The notes below the pieces were generated by a model. It ran no database searches. It was given only the letters and a program-made list of their open reading frames with translations, and was not told the DNA's origin. DNA of 64,000 bases from Rhina ancylostomus (taxonomy: Eukaryota). Location: positions 64,641,681 to 64,705,680 of the forward strand of contig JARFYF010000084.1 of assembly GCA_030265395.1 (NCBI GenBank). Reading direction: 5' to 3'. Made by a program: the position numbers and the translations under genes. How positions within the stretch are numbered: the stretch's first letter is position 1; the number at the start of each line of letters is the position of its first letter. Shown piece after piece: positions 1-12,470 of this stretch.

Positions 1-113
1 ATAGAGGGCTATGGGTAGGTCTAGTAATTTCTACGGTAGGGACATGTTCAGCACAGCTTTGTGGGCTGAAGGGCCTGAATTGTGCTGTAGTTTGCTATGT
101 TTCTATGTTTCTA
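1..113 (+). mobile_element. 3' tail of CR1/HER1-type LINE (young family; near-identical tail at 21630-21700)
   Basis: gtgggctgaagggcctgaattgtgctgtag followed by a (tttctatg)n-type terminal repeat, the typical chondrichthyan CR1 3' end. Confidence 0.8.
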
Positions 114-596
114 AAAGATTCCTGTCCACACCACTTCCCCTTTACTGTCTGACGTCAAAGGCCCCAGATCACTATAGGATTATAAAATGACATCAAGCAT
201 CAAACTTTAGTGTGCACTTGAGATTCATTCAAACTTGCTGAGGGGGCCAAATAACTACCCAACCTGGGCTTGATGTTTATTCATCTATCTACTTAGATAT
301 CTAATGGGATCATACTTGACATAGTGTGCAGTTTGTCCCCCATGTTAGTTTTAAATAGCTGTGTTTTTTCTAAAGCATGACATTATGATTTAGTCCAAAA
401 GTGCACAATTCCTTCTTGTAACAGTGAAATAAGTGAAATGGAACTGAATATGAGATCTATCACTCTTAGTAAATCAGAGTGAAGTCTGTGAGGTGCTCTG
501 TGATTGAAGTTAATTATGATGAATTAGTGCTTTCCACCAAGATCTGGATGCCCAGTTAATTAGCATCCTGGCTCTTTATTATATCTCTTGTTGCAG

Positions 597-819
597 GCAA
601 TGGTGAATGTAAAGGAGGGGAATGCCACTGCTACTCGGGCTGGCATGGTGAAAGCTGTAACTGTTCTTCATCCCTGATGTCCTGCAGGACAGACCAGGGT
701 CAGATCTGCAGTGGAAGAGGGATGTGTCTCTGCGGCAGTTGTCATTGCACTGATTCCAGAGCCTCCGGCCCTTTGTGCGAGGTTTGCCCAACGTGTGAAA
801 ATTCCTGTGAAAATAGCCG
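597..819 (+). CDS. ITGB8: Integrin beta-8 exon: I-EGF3/I-EGF4 and start of beta-tail
   Basis: ttgcag|...cg|gtatgc, phase 1->2; (G)NGECKGGECHCYSGWHGESCNC...QICSGRGMCLCGSCHCTDSRASGPLCEVCPTCENSCENS; cysteine spacing matches beta-integrin EGF repeats and the beta-8 QVCSGRG...CTD...CPTC pattern. Confidence 0.93.
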
Positions 820-1289
820 GTATGCTTGTGCAATTCTGATGTATTCACTGTTTCACATTTTTGTATCTAATATTTACTGAAATGAATTAACAACACATTA
901 TTTTGGTTGACGAGTACCTTACTTTTCTTATCATCTCAGGCAGCCCAACTAAATCTGTTATGAGATGAATTTACATCGAGAATGAGCATACTACACAAAC
1001 AAAAGTAACTAAGTGCCTTACCATAGCAAGAACTCTGAGTTATTGAACTCTCAAATATTTAAAATATTTTAAACTTTGTTTATAATTTAGTTTTCACATC
1101 ACTTCCAGGGTAATGAATAAGTGCCACCAAGGCACACACTATGTGAAATCTTGGGGATAGCAAAACAGAGGAGACTCTGACATACCATTCCCAGTGCCAG
1201 GCAAGGTCTGTCTCTATGCATGGTGTTGCACTGCTATGAATTTCCTTTGAATTTCTTCTGGTCTCTTGCTGTAACTTCTAAACTCGATG

Positions 1290-1700
1290 CTCCTTTAACA
1301 CTGCAGGTCTCACTCACCATGTCCCCAATAACACTTCCCGAATTATAGAAAACATTTGTCCCTATTCACTTGCCACTTCAGTTTTTCCTTTTTTCCATCC
1401 TTTCAATCAATAATTGACAGTCTACTTCTCCCCTTTTCATCCCCTACACCAGATCCAATCTTTCTCTCAGACTTCTGAGCCTTACGCTTAAGCTCTCTCT
1501 CAACCCAACCCCCATTCTTCAGTCACTCTCCCTGATCACAATATCATCACCCTTCCCCCATCTCTTGCCCCAACAATTGATATTGTATTTCAGTATCCCG
1601 ATTTTTCACATTGAACATTATAAATGCTGTGGTCATCATCTTTAGTCCTCACTGCTTACTTGCTCCATACCCCTTCCTGAACATCGTCTCAGACTATACC
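1290..1700 (+). mobile_element. Old, degenerate L2-like LINE fragment (pyrimidine-skewed)
   Basis: C/T-rich skew with L2 ORF2-like wording; boundaries approximate. Confidence 0.35.
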
Positions 1701-3249
1701 AAATTCTTTAGTGCCTCAAAATCTATTTTTGGCACTGACTGCCCTATATTATCTCTATTATATTGACATACTTGCCTAGAATTGTCACTCAATTGCACAA
1801 ATATTTACATGCAAATCATATATAAAAATAATTTCCATGGGTTTGATCATACTAGCAACAATCTAGGTCATTAGAACAGGCAGAATCTTACTGCAGCGAT
1901 GTTTGATCAGCATCAGACATGCACCTAATGATATCATAGGTCACACAGCACTTATCTCCTCCACTGCTGATGGAAATCTGAACTTTTGCAGGAAACCAGC
2001 AACCTTTATTGCTAACTCACGTAAAAACTTTGGTTTTAAGCACAATACAAGGTTCAAGAAATAAGAGACCAAATAAATGGTCTGCACTGTGACATTGATG
2101 TTTTGCATACATCACCAACTTCACTTTTCAAACATCATGAAAAATGAATCAGTACCCGAAACTAATCAGCCTTCTTAAAAAAATATCAATGTGAAGCTGC
2201 CTGCTGTGATCACTGGCCCCTTGATCAGTCTGTAGTCTGTACCATACAGTGGCATGGAGCCACTTGGGCCCAGGGGTTGATCAGGCCACTTCCAAGTGAG
2301 GGGGATGTTCTGACATATTTGCATATCTCCCCACTCTTCCTTTCTGTGTGTTTTGCCTCACCTTCATTGCAGCCTTTCTTGCAGTAGATCTGTAGCTCCA
2401 TGTTGGGGTGTTAGTTATCTTCTGACTGCCTTCCCAGTGGTCAGCACAGCAATGACACAGCAGCTGCAAGTTCTGTGTACAACTTCAGATGAGAACCACA
2501 TAGATTCACATGCATGAATCTATGTGGAAAATGCTGCAGCACTTTTGCATACTTTGGACTAAATACAATACATATTCAGTGCACCAAAAGAGTGTAAAAT
2601 CTAATTTTTAGTTAACTGGTTTCCTCTTCAAAACATCACCTGCAACCATTTTCCCCACTGGTTATTTGCTACTGAAAGTTTGTAATGTGTCTTGACTTAT
2701 CTTAAATTTTGTTTCTTATAATACCCTGTTTCCACTTCAAGGAGTGCCATGGAATGTATATTATGGTAAATTTACCACGTATGGGGAGCCTCCATAATGG
2801 ATACAAGTGTTATGAATCAGCAACATTGTTGTGAATTTCGAGCAATAAAACTCTCGTACATGTGTAGGCAAGAACATAAAAACCAAAGTAGACCCACCAA
2901 TTCAAATTGTTTCTGTTATGCCATCTGGTCATGGCTGAACCAAGTATTCACCATTGCTCCATTTCCTTTGATAACATTGCTGAACAAAGTAAAATACAAA
3001 ATTTTCTTTTGCAAATTTCAGTTGATGCATCATCTACTGCTTCAGGGAAGACATTTCCAGGTTTCCATGCAATAGTTTCATTCTGAAATGCTATCACTGC
3101 AGCAACAACCAAAGAATCCCAAACAAAGCAGATTCAATGCAAACCAATTTCAGGAAAGGGCCATAAAACAGACTCTAAACCCAAATTTATAGATGTAAGA
3201 GGTCTGGCAGCAATCGTGCAAAAGACCCATAAAGCTGAAAATGGGAGGA

Positions 3250-3530
3250 TAAAAACTACAGTTGCTAGAAATCTGAAATAAAGCCAGAAAATGATGAAAC
3301 ACTCCGCTGATCAGGCCGTGTGTGTGAGTTGAGAAACAGANNNNNNNNNNNNNNNNNNNNNNNNNNNNNNNNNNNNNNNNNNNNNNNNNNNNNNNNNNNN
3401 NNNNNNNNNNNNNNNNNNNNNNNNNNNNNNNNNNNNNNNNAGAAAATGATGAAACACTCCGCTGATCAGGCAGTGTGTGTGAGTTGAGAAACAGAGCGAA
3501 TGTTTCAAATCAAAGATCCTCCTGCAACCT
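3250..3530. mobile_element. Penelope-like terminal remnant spanning a gap
   Basis: gttgctagaaatctgaaataaagccagaaaatg...tcaggcagtgtgtg...gagaaacagag...tgtttca motif shared with other remnants in the window. Confidence 0.5.
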
Positions 3531-3797
3531 GAGAAGCTCCATTCACTAACATGGCAATACAGATCCATATTGGGTGAAGTCCACAAATGGTCCTTGGTGT
3601 CTTTGTTTATTGCCCAGAAATGAGGGCCAAGCATGCAGTTCAAAGTGTTTTAAGCATCTTATACCTTCCATGTATTTGGCGAACATGATTTTGTTTGAAT
3701 GATTCTGGATATCGCTGGAGAGCTTGCACATAGTCACAAATGCACTGGCTAACTGTGTATTTTACATTCATGTTACTCTTTAATTTTCTCTTTCTAG

Positions 3798-3895
3798 GAA
3801 GTGTGTACAGTGTCATGTATTGAACTACTGGGCAGTGTATCCTGCCAATTGCAGCACCTCATGTTCTCAAATGATGGTAGTGGACCAGATTTCAG
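3798..3895 (+). CDS. ITGB8: Integrin beta-8 exon: N-terminal half of beta-tail domain
   Basis: tttctag|g aag tgt gta cag tgt...att tca g|gtatt, phase 2->1; KCVQCHVLNYWAVYPANCSTSCSQMMVVDQIS resembles beta-8 NCMQC...CKTSC...VDQTS. Confidence 0.9.
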
Positions 3896-4906
3896 GTATT
3901 TGTTGCTTTCTGTATTTTGCTGTTTTGTAATATGGGGGGCTTACAACATGAGTTAAGATTTTTACATCTGCAGTATGATCAAGAAGACTGTTTACAGAAA
4001 TGCATACTGCCTAGGGGGCTCTGCTTCAGTGTTTTTTGTAACTACCTCCCAACTACTGTCCCAGTTCCTGCCACTCCGTTATGATCAACCCAGACTGCCA
4101 GAGTTTGGCACTAGGTTCACTTTATTCCTTTAGACCAGTACTGCTTGTATGTAACATTCTAAATGAGCAACCTCAATGTATTAATGGTATCAACATAAAG
4201 TAAATGTTCAGGAAATGACTGAGCATGAAAGATCTGATTCAACATAATCTTTATAACATAGAAGCCAATACTGCAGGTTAAGCAGTATCTGTGGGTAGGG
4301 AAGAAGAGTTAACATTTCAAGCAATGATCTTTCATGATGATTTAGGTATAACAAAACATGGTATTGTGGCAGAATGGAACGCATTCTTATCGTAAAATGG
4401 TTTGAATATCGCTTAAATTCTTAGATAATAATTGTATAATCACAACAAAAAGAAAAGAAGCAATAAGCAATACTTTCATTCTCAGTAGAGAGGCAAAATT
4501 GACAATATTGGATCACTCACCACCCACCCTCTTAAATGTGTTCCATTGATTTTTAGTCTGTTAAGTTATATAAAGGTCAGTCATTCAATGTTGTTTGGTT
4601 TATCCCATGAGTAATGTTGATTGTCTGTTAACTTCACTGGAACTGAATTTCAGATGTAAAGTACCCATAATTATGTTATAACATATTTAGATCATGCAAC
4701 CGAGGGCAAAAGTTGGCCTCACAGTTCACCAAAAAAAACAAAGGTTTTTCAAATCACCTGATGGGAATCTGGAGAAATACATTGGAGACCTGTGCTATCA
4801 ATCTCATTGATTTTGTATTCAAGGAAATGATATGAGAAACCTTCGGTGGAAGATGATCAACACCCTGTTTTGTTAATTATGTCATTATTTTATATTTCAT
4901 TATCAG

Positions 4907-5026
4907 AATCTGAGGAAGAAAAATCACAACACTGTGTTTTTCAAGCAAATGATAAATGGTTATATAAATTTAAAATGGTAGCAACTAACACTGAAAAAGA
5001 ACTTCTTTACATATTGAAAAACCCAG
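4907..5026 (+). CDS. ITGB8: Integrin beta-8 exon: C-terminal half of beta-tail domain (absent from mammalian beta-8)
   Basis: tatcag|aa...cca g|gtgagt, 120 nt, phase 1->1, open; (E)SEEEKSQHCVFQANDKWLYKFKMVATNTEKELLYILKNP(E) aligns without gaps to the beta-3/beta-1 beta-tail C-terminus. Confidence 0.82.
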
Positions 5027-5810
5027 GTGAGTCTTTTTATGTAATTGTACAAGAGCATTAGGCAAGACTGAGTTCTTAATCAGTTCTTCACAGTTGATAC
5101 TTGTGTTATATTTAATTACTTTCAATACATTTTCGTTTAGCTTTATCGATTATTTCATGTCATAGAGTCATACATCACAGAAACACATCAAGCATCAAGT
5201 ACCCGTCTGTATTAATCCCATTTACTAGCACATGGTCCAGAGCATTCCACTGCTTGCCTTTTTAGAGATTGACAATGTAAATGTGAGAGCAGAGTGGAAA
5301 TTGGCAGCAAGTGAAGACATTTTCAAGTTCTCTTTGGGTGCAGAATGTTGCATCATTGCAGTCAATTGTGTCCAGTCATTGCAGAAAGGGTTGTGGAAGT
5401 GGTCCCAAATAAGCCTGGATTGTTCCATGTATCCAACAAAAAGACAGGTGTCCTTATTATTGCCAATTTAACTCATTTTACTGACTGTGTTGGCCACCTC
5501 CTTAACAGTACTCTCTAGCAGTGCATTCCAGCTTACTTTTGCTTCTATTTAGGACATACAATGCTGTGCCTACCAGAAAACTGATTTGTAGGCAGATTGT
5601 GATATCAGTGCATGCATATTTTTGCTTTGAAGACCACTAGATTGAAGGTTACTGCCAGCTGGCTCCCTTAATTTTGCAGTTAGTACCCTCTCGTGATCTT
5701 GCAGTTATCACTCACTCCTAATCTCACATTAACATGAAAATAAAATATTTATTTTCCAGTGCATCAATTTTAACCAGTAAAATGGGTAAAATATTGATTT
5801 TAGATCCAAG

Positions 5811-8800
5811 ATTCGGAGCGGGACCTTTGAAAAGAGGTGAGTCTCCAAGCGTGTGCTTGCGAGTTTCATTGTGTCAGAGTCTAAATGAGGCACATTTGCA
5901 AATTGTTAANNNNNNNNNNNNNNNNNNNNNNNNNNNNNNNNNNNNNNNNNNNNNNNNNNNNNNNNNNNNNNNNNNNNNNNNNNNNNNNNNNNNNNNNNNN
6001 NNNNNNNNNNNNNNNNNNNNNNNNNNNNNNNNNNNNNNNNNNNNNNNNNNNNNNNNNNNNNNNNNNNNNNNNNNNNNNNNNNNNNNNNNNNNNNNNNNNN
6101 NNNNNNNNNNNNNNNNNNNNNNNNNNNNNNNNNNNNNNNNNNNNNNNNNNNNNNNNNNNNNNNNNNNNNNNNNNNNNNNNNNNNNNNNNNNNNNNNNNNN
6201 NNNNNNNNNNNNNNNNNNNNNNNNNNNNNNNNNNNNNNNNNNNNNNNNNNNNNNNNNNNNNNNNNNNNNNNNNNNNNNNNNNNNNNNNNNNNNNNNNNNN
6301 NNNNNNNNNNNNNNNNNNNNNNNNNNNNNNNNNNNNNNNNNNNNNNNNNNNNNNNNNNNNNNNNNNNNNNNNNNNNNNNNNNNNNNNNNNNNNNNNNNNN
6401 NNNNNNNNNNNNNNNNNNNNNNNNNNNNNNNNNNNNNNNNNNNNNNNNNNAACAACCTAGCAGAGGACAGCCGCAGTGCCCAGGTCTCTGGCACTGAGCC
6501 TGGTTGTGTGGCGCAGAAGGGAAGGGAAGAGAAGAGGAGACCAGTAGTGATAGGGAGTTCCATAGTAAGGGGGACAGATAGGAGATTCTGTGTACGTGAA
6601 AGAGACTCCTGGATGGTATGTTGCCTCCTGGGTTCCAAGGTCAGGGATGTCTCATATTGGGCCCACAGCATTCTGAAGGGGGAGGGTGAACAACCAGAGG
6701 TTGTGGTGCATACTGGTACCAATGACATAGGTAGGAAAAGAGATGAGGTCCTGAAGAGGGAATATAGGGAGCTTGGTAGCAAGCTGAAAAGCAGGGCCTC
6801 ATGGGTAGTAATCTCTGGATTGCTGCCTGTGCTACGTGCCAATGAGGGTAAGAATAGGATAATTTGGCAGATGAATGTGTGGCTGAGGAGATGGTGTAGG
6901 GGGCAAGGGTTCAGATTTGTTGATCATTGGGATCACTTTTGAGGAAGGTATGACCTGTACAAAAGGGACAGGTTACACCTGAACTGGAGGGAGACCGATA
7001 TTCTTGTGGGCAGGTTTGCTAGAACTGTTGGGGAAGGTTTAAACTAGTTTGGCAGGAGGATGGCTACCAGAGGGATAGGTCAGAGGTTGGTACCTTTAGT
7101 GTACAAGTGGATGCAGCATGTAAAAAGACTGTGAGGAAGGATAGTCAGTTGAAAAATTGCAGTCAGTTGGATGAGCTGAAGTGTGTCTACTTTAATGTAA
7201 GAAATACAAGAACAAGAGTGATGAACTTAGAGTGTGGGTAAGTACATGGAACTATGATGTGGTGGCCATTACAGTTACTTGGCTGGCACAAGAGCAGGAA
7301 TGGCTGCTGGATATTCTGGGGTTTAGATGTTTCAAAAGGGACAGGCACAGAGGTAAAAGAGGTGGGGGAGCGGCTTTGCTGATGAGGGGCAGTGTCACAG
7401 CTGTAGAAATGGAGGACATCCTGGAGGGATCGTCTCTTGAGTCAGTGGGGGTGGAAGTCAGAAACAGGAAAGGAGCAATTGCTCTATTGGGAGTATTTTA
7501 CAGAACCCCCAATAGCAGCAGAGACACTGAGGAGCAGATCAGGAGGCAGATTTTGGAGAGAGGCAAAAATAACAGGGTTGTTGTCGTGGGTGATTTCAAC
7601 TTCCCTAGTATTGATTGGCACCTCCTTAGCATAAAGGCGATAGATGTGGCAGAGTTTGTTAGGTGTGTCCAGGTAGGATTCCTGACACAGTATGTGGACG
7701 GGCTGACTAGAGGAGAGGCCATACTGGATCTGATACCAGGCAATAAGCCTGATCAGGTTTCAGATCTCTCAGTGGGAGAGCATTTTGGAGATAGTGACCA
7801 TAACTCCTTGACCTTTACCATAGCCTTGGAGGGGGATAGGAGCAGATGATATGGGACAGTATTTAACTGGGGGAACAGGAATTATGATGCTATTAGGCAG
7901 GAACTTGGGACTGTAAATTGGGAATAAACATTTGGGGAAGTGCAAAGCAGAAATGTGGAGGTTGTTTAAGGAATACTTGAATGGGTTTCTGGATAGGTTT
8001 GTTCCTTAAGGCAAGGTAAGGATGGTAGAGTGAAGGAACCATGGTTCACAAGAGATGTAGAATAGCTTATCAAGATGAAGAAAGAAGTTTACCTAAGGTT
8101 CAGAAAGCATGGATCTGAGAGTTACAAGGTAGCCAGGAGGAAGTTTAAGAATGGGCTTAGGAGAGCTAGAAGGGGGCTTGAGAAGACCTTGGAGAGTAGG
8201 ATTAAGGGAAGCCCCAAGGCATTCTACACCTATGTGAAGAATAGGAGGACGACTAGAGTGAGGTTGGACCGATCAGGGATAAAAGAGGAAATGTGCCTGG
8301 AATTGGAAGAGGTGGGGAAGGTCATAAATGAATACTGCGCTTCAGTATTCACCAGAGAGAAAGACCTTGAAATTTGTGAGGATGGCGTACAACAGGCTGA
8401 TATGCTAGGGCATGTTGACGTGAGGAAAGTGGATGTGCTGGAACTTTTGAAAAACGTTAAGATAGATAAGTCACTGGGGCTGGATGGGATATACCCAAGG
8501 TTATTGCAGGAAGCGAGGGAAGAGATTGCTGCACCTTTGGCGATGATCTTTGCATCCTCACTGGCCACAGGAGTGGTGCCAGTTGATTGGAGGGTGGCAA
8601 ATGTTGTTCCTTCTTTCAAGAAAGGGAGTAGGGATAACCCTGGGAATTACAGACCAGTGANNNNNNNNNNNNNNNNNNNNNNNNNNNNNNNNNNNNNNNN
8701 NNNNNNNNNNNNNNNNNNNNNNNNNNNNNNNNNNNNNNNNNNNNNNNNNNNNNNNNNNNNNNNNNNNNNNNNNNNNNNNNNNNNNNNNNNNNNNNNNNNN

Positions 8801-10002
8801 NNNNNNNNNNNNNNNNNNNNNNNNNNNNNNNNNNNNNNNNNNNNNNNNNNNNNNNNNNNNNNNNNNNNNNNNNNNNNNNNNNNNNNNNNNNNNNNNNNNN
8901 NNNNNNNNNNNNNNNNNNNNNNNNNNNNNNNNNNNNNNNNNNNNNNNNNNNNNNNNNNNNNNNNNNNNNNNNNNNNNNNNNNNNNNNNNNNNNNNNNNNN
9001 NNNNNNNNNNNNNNNNNNNNNNNNNNNNNNNNNNNNNNNNNNNNNNNNNNNNNNNNNNNNNNNNNNNNNNNNNNNNNNNNNNNNNNNNNNNNNNNNNNNN
9101 NNNNNNNNNNNNNNNNNNNNNNNNNNNNNNNNNNNNNNNNNNNNNNNNNNNNNNNNNNNNNNNNNNNNNNNNNNNNNNNNNNNNNNNNNNNNNNNNNNNN
9201 NNNNNNNNNNNNNNNNNNNNNNNNNNNNNNNNNNNNNNNNNNNNNNNNNNNNNNNNNNNNNNNNNNNNNNNNNNNNNNNNNNNNNNNNNNNNNNNNNNNN
9301 NNNNNNNNNNNNNNNNNNNNNNNNNNNNNNNNNNNNNNNNNNNNNNNNNNNNNNNNNNNNNNNNNNNNNNNNNNNNNNNNNNNNNNNNNNNNNNNNNNNN
9401 NNNNNNNNNGAGTTCAAGAGCTGCAAGGTAATGTTGCAGCTCTATCGAGCTCTGGTTAGACCACACTAGGAGTATTGTGTTCAGTTAAGGTTGCCTCATT
9501 ATAGGAGGATGTGGAGGCTTTGGAGAGGGTGCAGAGGAGATTTACCAGGATGCTGCCTGGATTGGAGAGTATGTCTAATAAGGACAGGTTGAGTGAGCTT
9601 GGGCTTTTCTCTTTGGAAAGAAGGATGATGAGATGTGACTTGATAGAGGTGTACAAGATAATAAGAGGTATTGATCGAGTGGACAGTCAGAGACTTTTCC
9701 CAAGGTGAAAATGGCTAACACAAGGAAGCATAATTTTAAGGTGACTGGAGGAAGGTTATAAGGGGGATGTCAGGGGTAAGTTTTTTTTACAGTGGTGAGT
9801 GCGTGGAAAACTGCCAGCAGAGGTTGTGGGGACAGATACATTAGAGACATTTAAGATACTCTTGGATAGCCACGTGAATGATAGAAAAATGGAGGGCTAT
9901 GTGGGAGGGGAGGGTTAGATAGATATTAGAGCAGGATAAAATGTTGGCACAACATTGTGGGCCGAAGGGCCTGTACTGTACTGTAATGTTCTATGTCCTA
10001 TG
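5811..10002 (+). mobile_element. Near full-length CR1 LINE (ORF1 SGNH-esterase; ORF2 AP endonuclease + RT), inactivated, inside an ITGB8 intron
   Basis: ORF1 VVIGSSIVRG...VVHTGTND...VVISGLLP (6451-7047); APE YDVVAITVTW, GVFYRTPN, VVGDFNFP, SDHN; RT KSLGLDGIYPRLL, DWRVANVVPSFKKG, NYRPV; C-terminal LERVQRRFTRM; gtgggccgaagggcctg tail; stops and frameshifts; two internal gaps. Confidence 0.92.
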
Positions 10003-10510
10003 ACTGTTTTCATTGAACAAGCAGTAAAAGGAAATGTAGAGTTTAGACTGATTTTTCAAAATGTAGGAGCTAGAAGAATATAATCTTATGATGCTGTGAA
10101 GTAGTAGAATTGATTGCTATTGGTAATGATTAAAGCTGGTATGATTGTACTTAACAGCATTTAAGAACAGATTAGAAGGATTGAAGGAAAGAAGAATAAA
10201 AGATGTGTCAATACTGTAACTGCATGGGATGTAGGGGCATTAATCACCCACACATGCTGCTTAGGTTGAATAGCTGTTTCCTTAAAGTACTTCCCATGTA
10301 ATTTATGCTGGTCCTTATTTCTAATGTTTATCTTTTGAAATTACTAGTGTTTTATTCATATGTTAATCAGCAGAATGTCCTTTCAATGGTGATAAGTAAA
10401 GCAATTGAGANNNNNNNNNNNNNNNNNNNNNNNNNNNNNNNNNNNNNNNNNNNNNNNNNNNNNNNNNNNNNNNNNNNNNNNNNNNNNNNNNNNNNNNNNN
10501 NNNNNNNNNN

Positions 10511-11110
10511 GCAATGGAACCTGTGTTAGTATTTGCTTTGACTGCAAGTGGCGAAATAGTGTTACAATTACCTAGGGTATTGGTGTGGCCACACCTGGAA
10601 CACTGTTTAAGAAAGGATCTGCTAGTATTGGAAGCAGTCTAGTACAGATTCACTCAGCTAACTCCTGGGAGAGGGTTGTCCTATCATGAGCAGGTAAAGA
10701 AATCAGATCTATGTTCTTTGGAGTTTAGAATAATGAGAGTTGATCTTATTGACATGTATAATATTCTGAGGGGGGCCATGACAGGGTAGATGTCAAGATG
10801 TTTGAGATAAATTCGAGTGAGGGGACTTAATTACAAGGTAAGATGTTCATTTAAAACTGAGATAAGAAGGAACTTCTCACAGAGGATGGCGAATCCTGAG
10901 AATTCTCTACCCAGAGGTTTGTGAAGGTTAGATCATTCAAAAAGAAGATAGACACATTTTTGAAACACTGGGCAATGGAGAGCAGTGGGGAACTGGCACT
11001 CAGGAGGAAGTGAGGCCTGGGCAGATTAGCCACAATTATATTGAATGACTGGGGAGGTTTGAGGAGCAGAGTGGCCTACTCCTGCTCCTGTTTTCGTATG
11101 TTCTTCTGTT
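10511..11110 (+). mobile_element. 5'-truncated CR1 LINE 3' fragment (older subfamily)
   Basis: gccacacctggaacactg, ctttggagtttagaa and terminal gtggcctactcctgctcctg motif. Confidence 0.75.
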
Positions 11111-11263
11111 CCAATAGTTCCAATATGGCTTGCTGCATAATTAATAATATTTATTAATATTTTGCTAAGGTGATTAATCCTAAAATTCCTAGTCATTTTA
11201 TTAATGCTGAACTCCAATAAGCTCTCCAGGCTTGTTTGATATTTTTCTCCACTTGAACAGTCC

Positions 11264-11360
11264 AAGTGTTGGTAAATGGGATTAGTGTAGATGAATAATT
11301 AACAGTCAGCATGGATATGGTGGGCTGAAGGGCCTGTTTCTCTGAAGTATGACGTTATGG
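11264..11360 (+). mobile_element. CR1/HE1-type 3' tail
   Basis: ggtaaatgggattagtgtag...gtgggctgaagggcctgtttc. Confidence 0.65.
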
Positions 11361-12173
11361 CATGAGTTCAAAACTTGTAACGGAAGTGCTGATAGCAAAA
11401 TTCTGCACCACAAGTGCAAATCTGGAGAATTACCAGCTGTGGTTTGAAGTGATCACCTTAAGGGAGTTCTCTCAATGTACTATTAATAAAGCTTTAACAT
11501 TAATATGCTTATAATCTAGAAATATTGCTTTGATTCTACAATGAAACCTCAACTTATGAAACTTGATTTATGTTTGCATTCCCTCAATAATACTAATCTA
11601 TAAAAGTGCTTGGAAACCACTTGAGTCCCATGTTAATTTGGCCTTTTTCAATTATATGACAGCACTAAAAAAGGGGACTGCTCTCCACATGAATGCTAGT
11701 GAATGTAGAAGCAAATTTATCAAACTGAAAGGGAATGACAGACTACTGCTGTTAATTTGAAGTCATGGTTTGTACAAAAAAATTGAGTTATTTAAATTTT
11801 ATTTAAACAAGCTTTAAAAAACTTTATTATCATCTTTACTGAACAAGTTCTAATTTAACTTAACAGATGATTTGAATTCAGTAATTTTGAATACAGAGTA
11901 GTACTTATAACCATAGTAATCTGTAAATACACACAACAAAAGTTGTGTTCTGAAGACCTGAATTTGTTTTATTTATAATCCAATGAGTTGTAATTTATAA
12001 AATTAGTGATTTATTGTGATTATAAATTCAGCATAAATTAATTTAGATCATTTCAAATATTTCTGAACATCGAATTACAGTAATTACACAAGATTTGAAG
12101 TGAATTTAAGTGTGTGAAACACTTCTGTTCTTAGATCCAACTCCAATCTCTAATTTATATTATTATTTTCCAG

Positions 12174-12340
12174 AATACTATTCTAGACACAAGATTCTTG
12201 CAACATTTCTTATCTTCTCTGTTGGTACAGTTATCACAGGATTAATCATTGTGATGGTAATCAGGCAGATAATGATGCACTGGAATTCAAGTGAACCAAC
12301 TCACCCTGGAAACAATTGCAAACTATCTACTCCACAAAAG
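12174..12340 (+). CDS. ITGB8: Integrin beta-8 exon: transmembrane helix and membrane-proximal cytoplasmic region
   Basis: ttttccag|aa tac...caa aag|gtagaa, phase 1->0; ILATFLIFSVGTVITGLIIVMVIRQIMMHWNS matches the beta-8-specific IIRQVILQWNS; no HDRRE motif as in other betas. Confidence 0.92.
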
Positions 12341-12470
12341 GTAGAACTCATAGGTTATAGATTTACAAGTAGCCAGAAAGTTTAAAGTTGTTTAGATTAT
12401 TTCTGGTAATTCATTATGATGGAAATATGCTGATATAAACTACTGAGGGTGTAAATTTATTTTTTTAAAG

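Noticed and set aside
3286-3495. 55-bp direct repeat on both sides of a 100-N gap
   Set aside because: Copies differ by one base and abut the gap: unmerged overlapping contig ends (assembly artefact).
5734-9469. Long ORFs of 300-460 aa in the ORF track
   Set aside because: Length comes from N runs; the real parts are broken CR1 ORF1/ORF2, not host genes.
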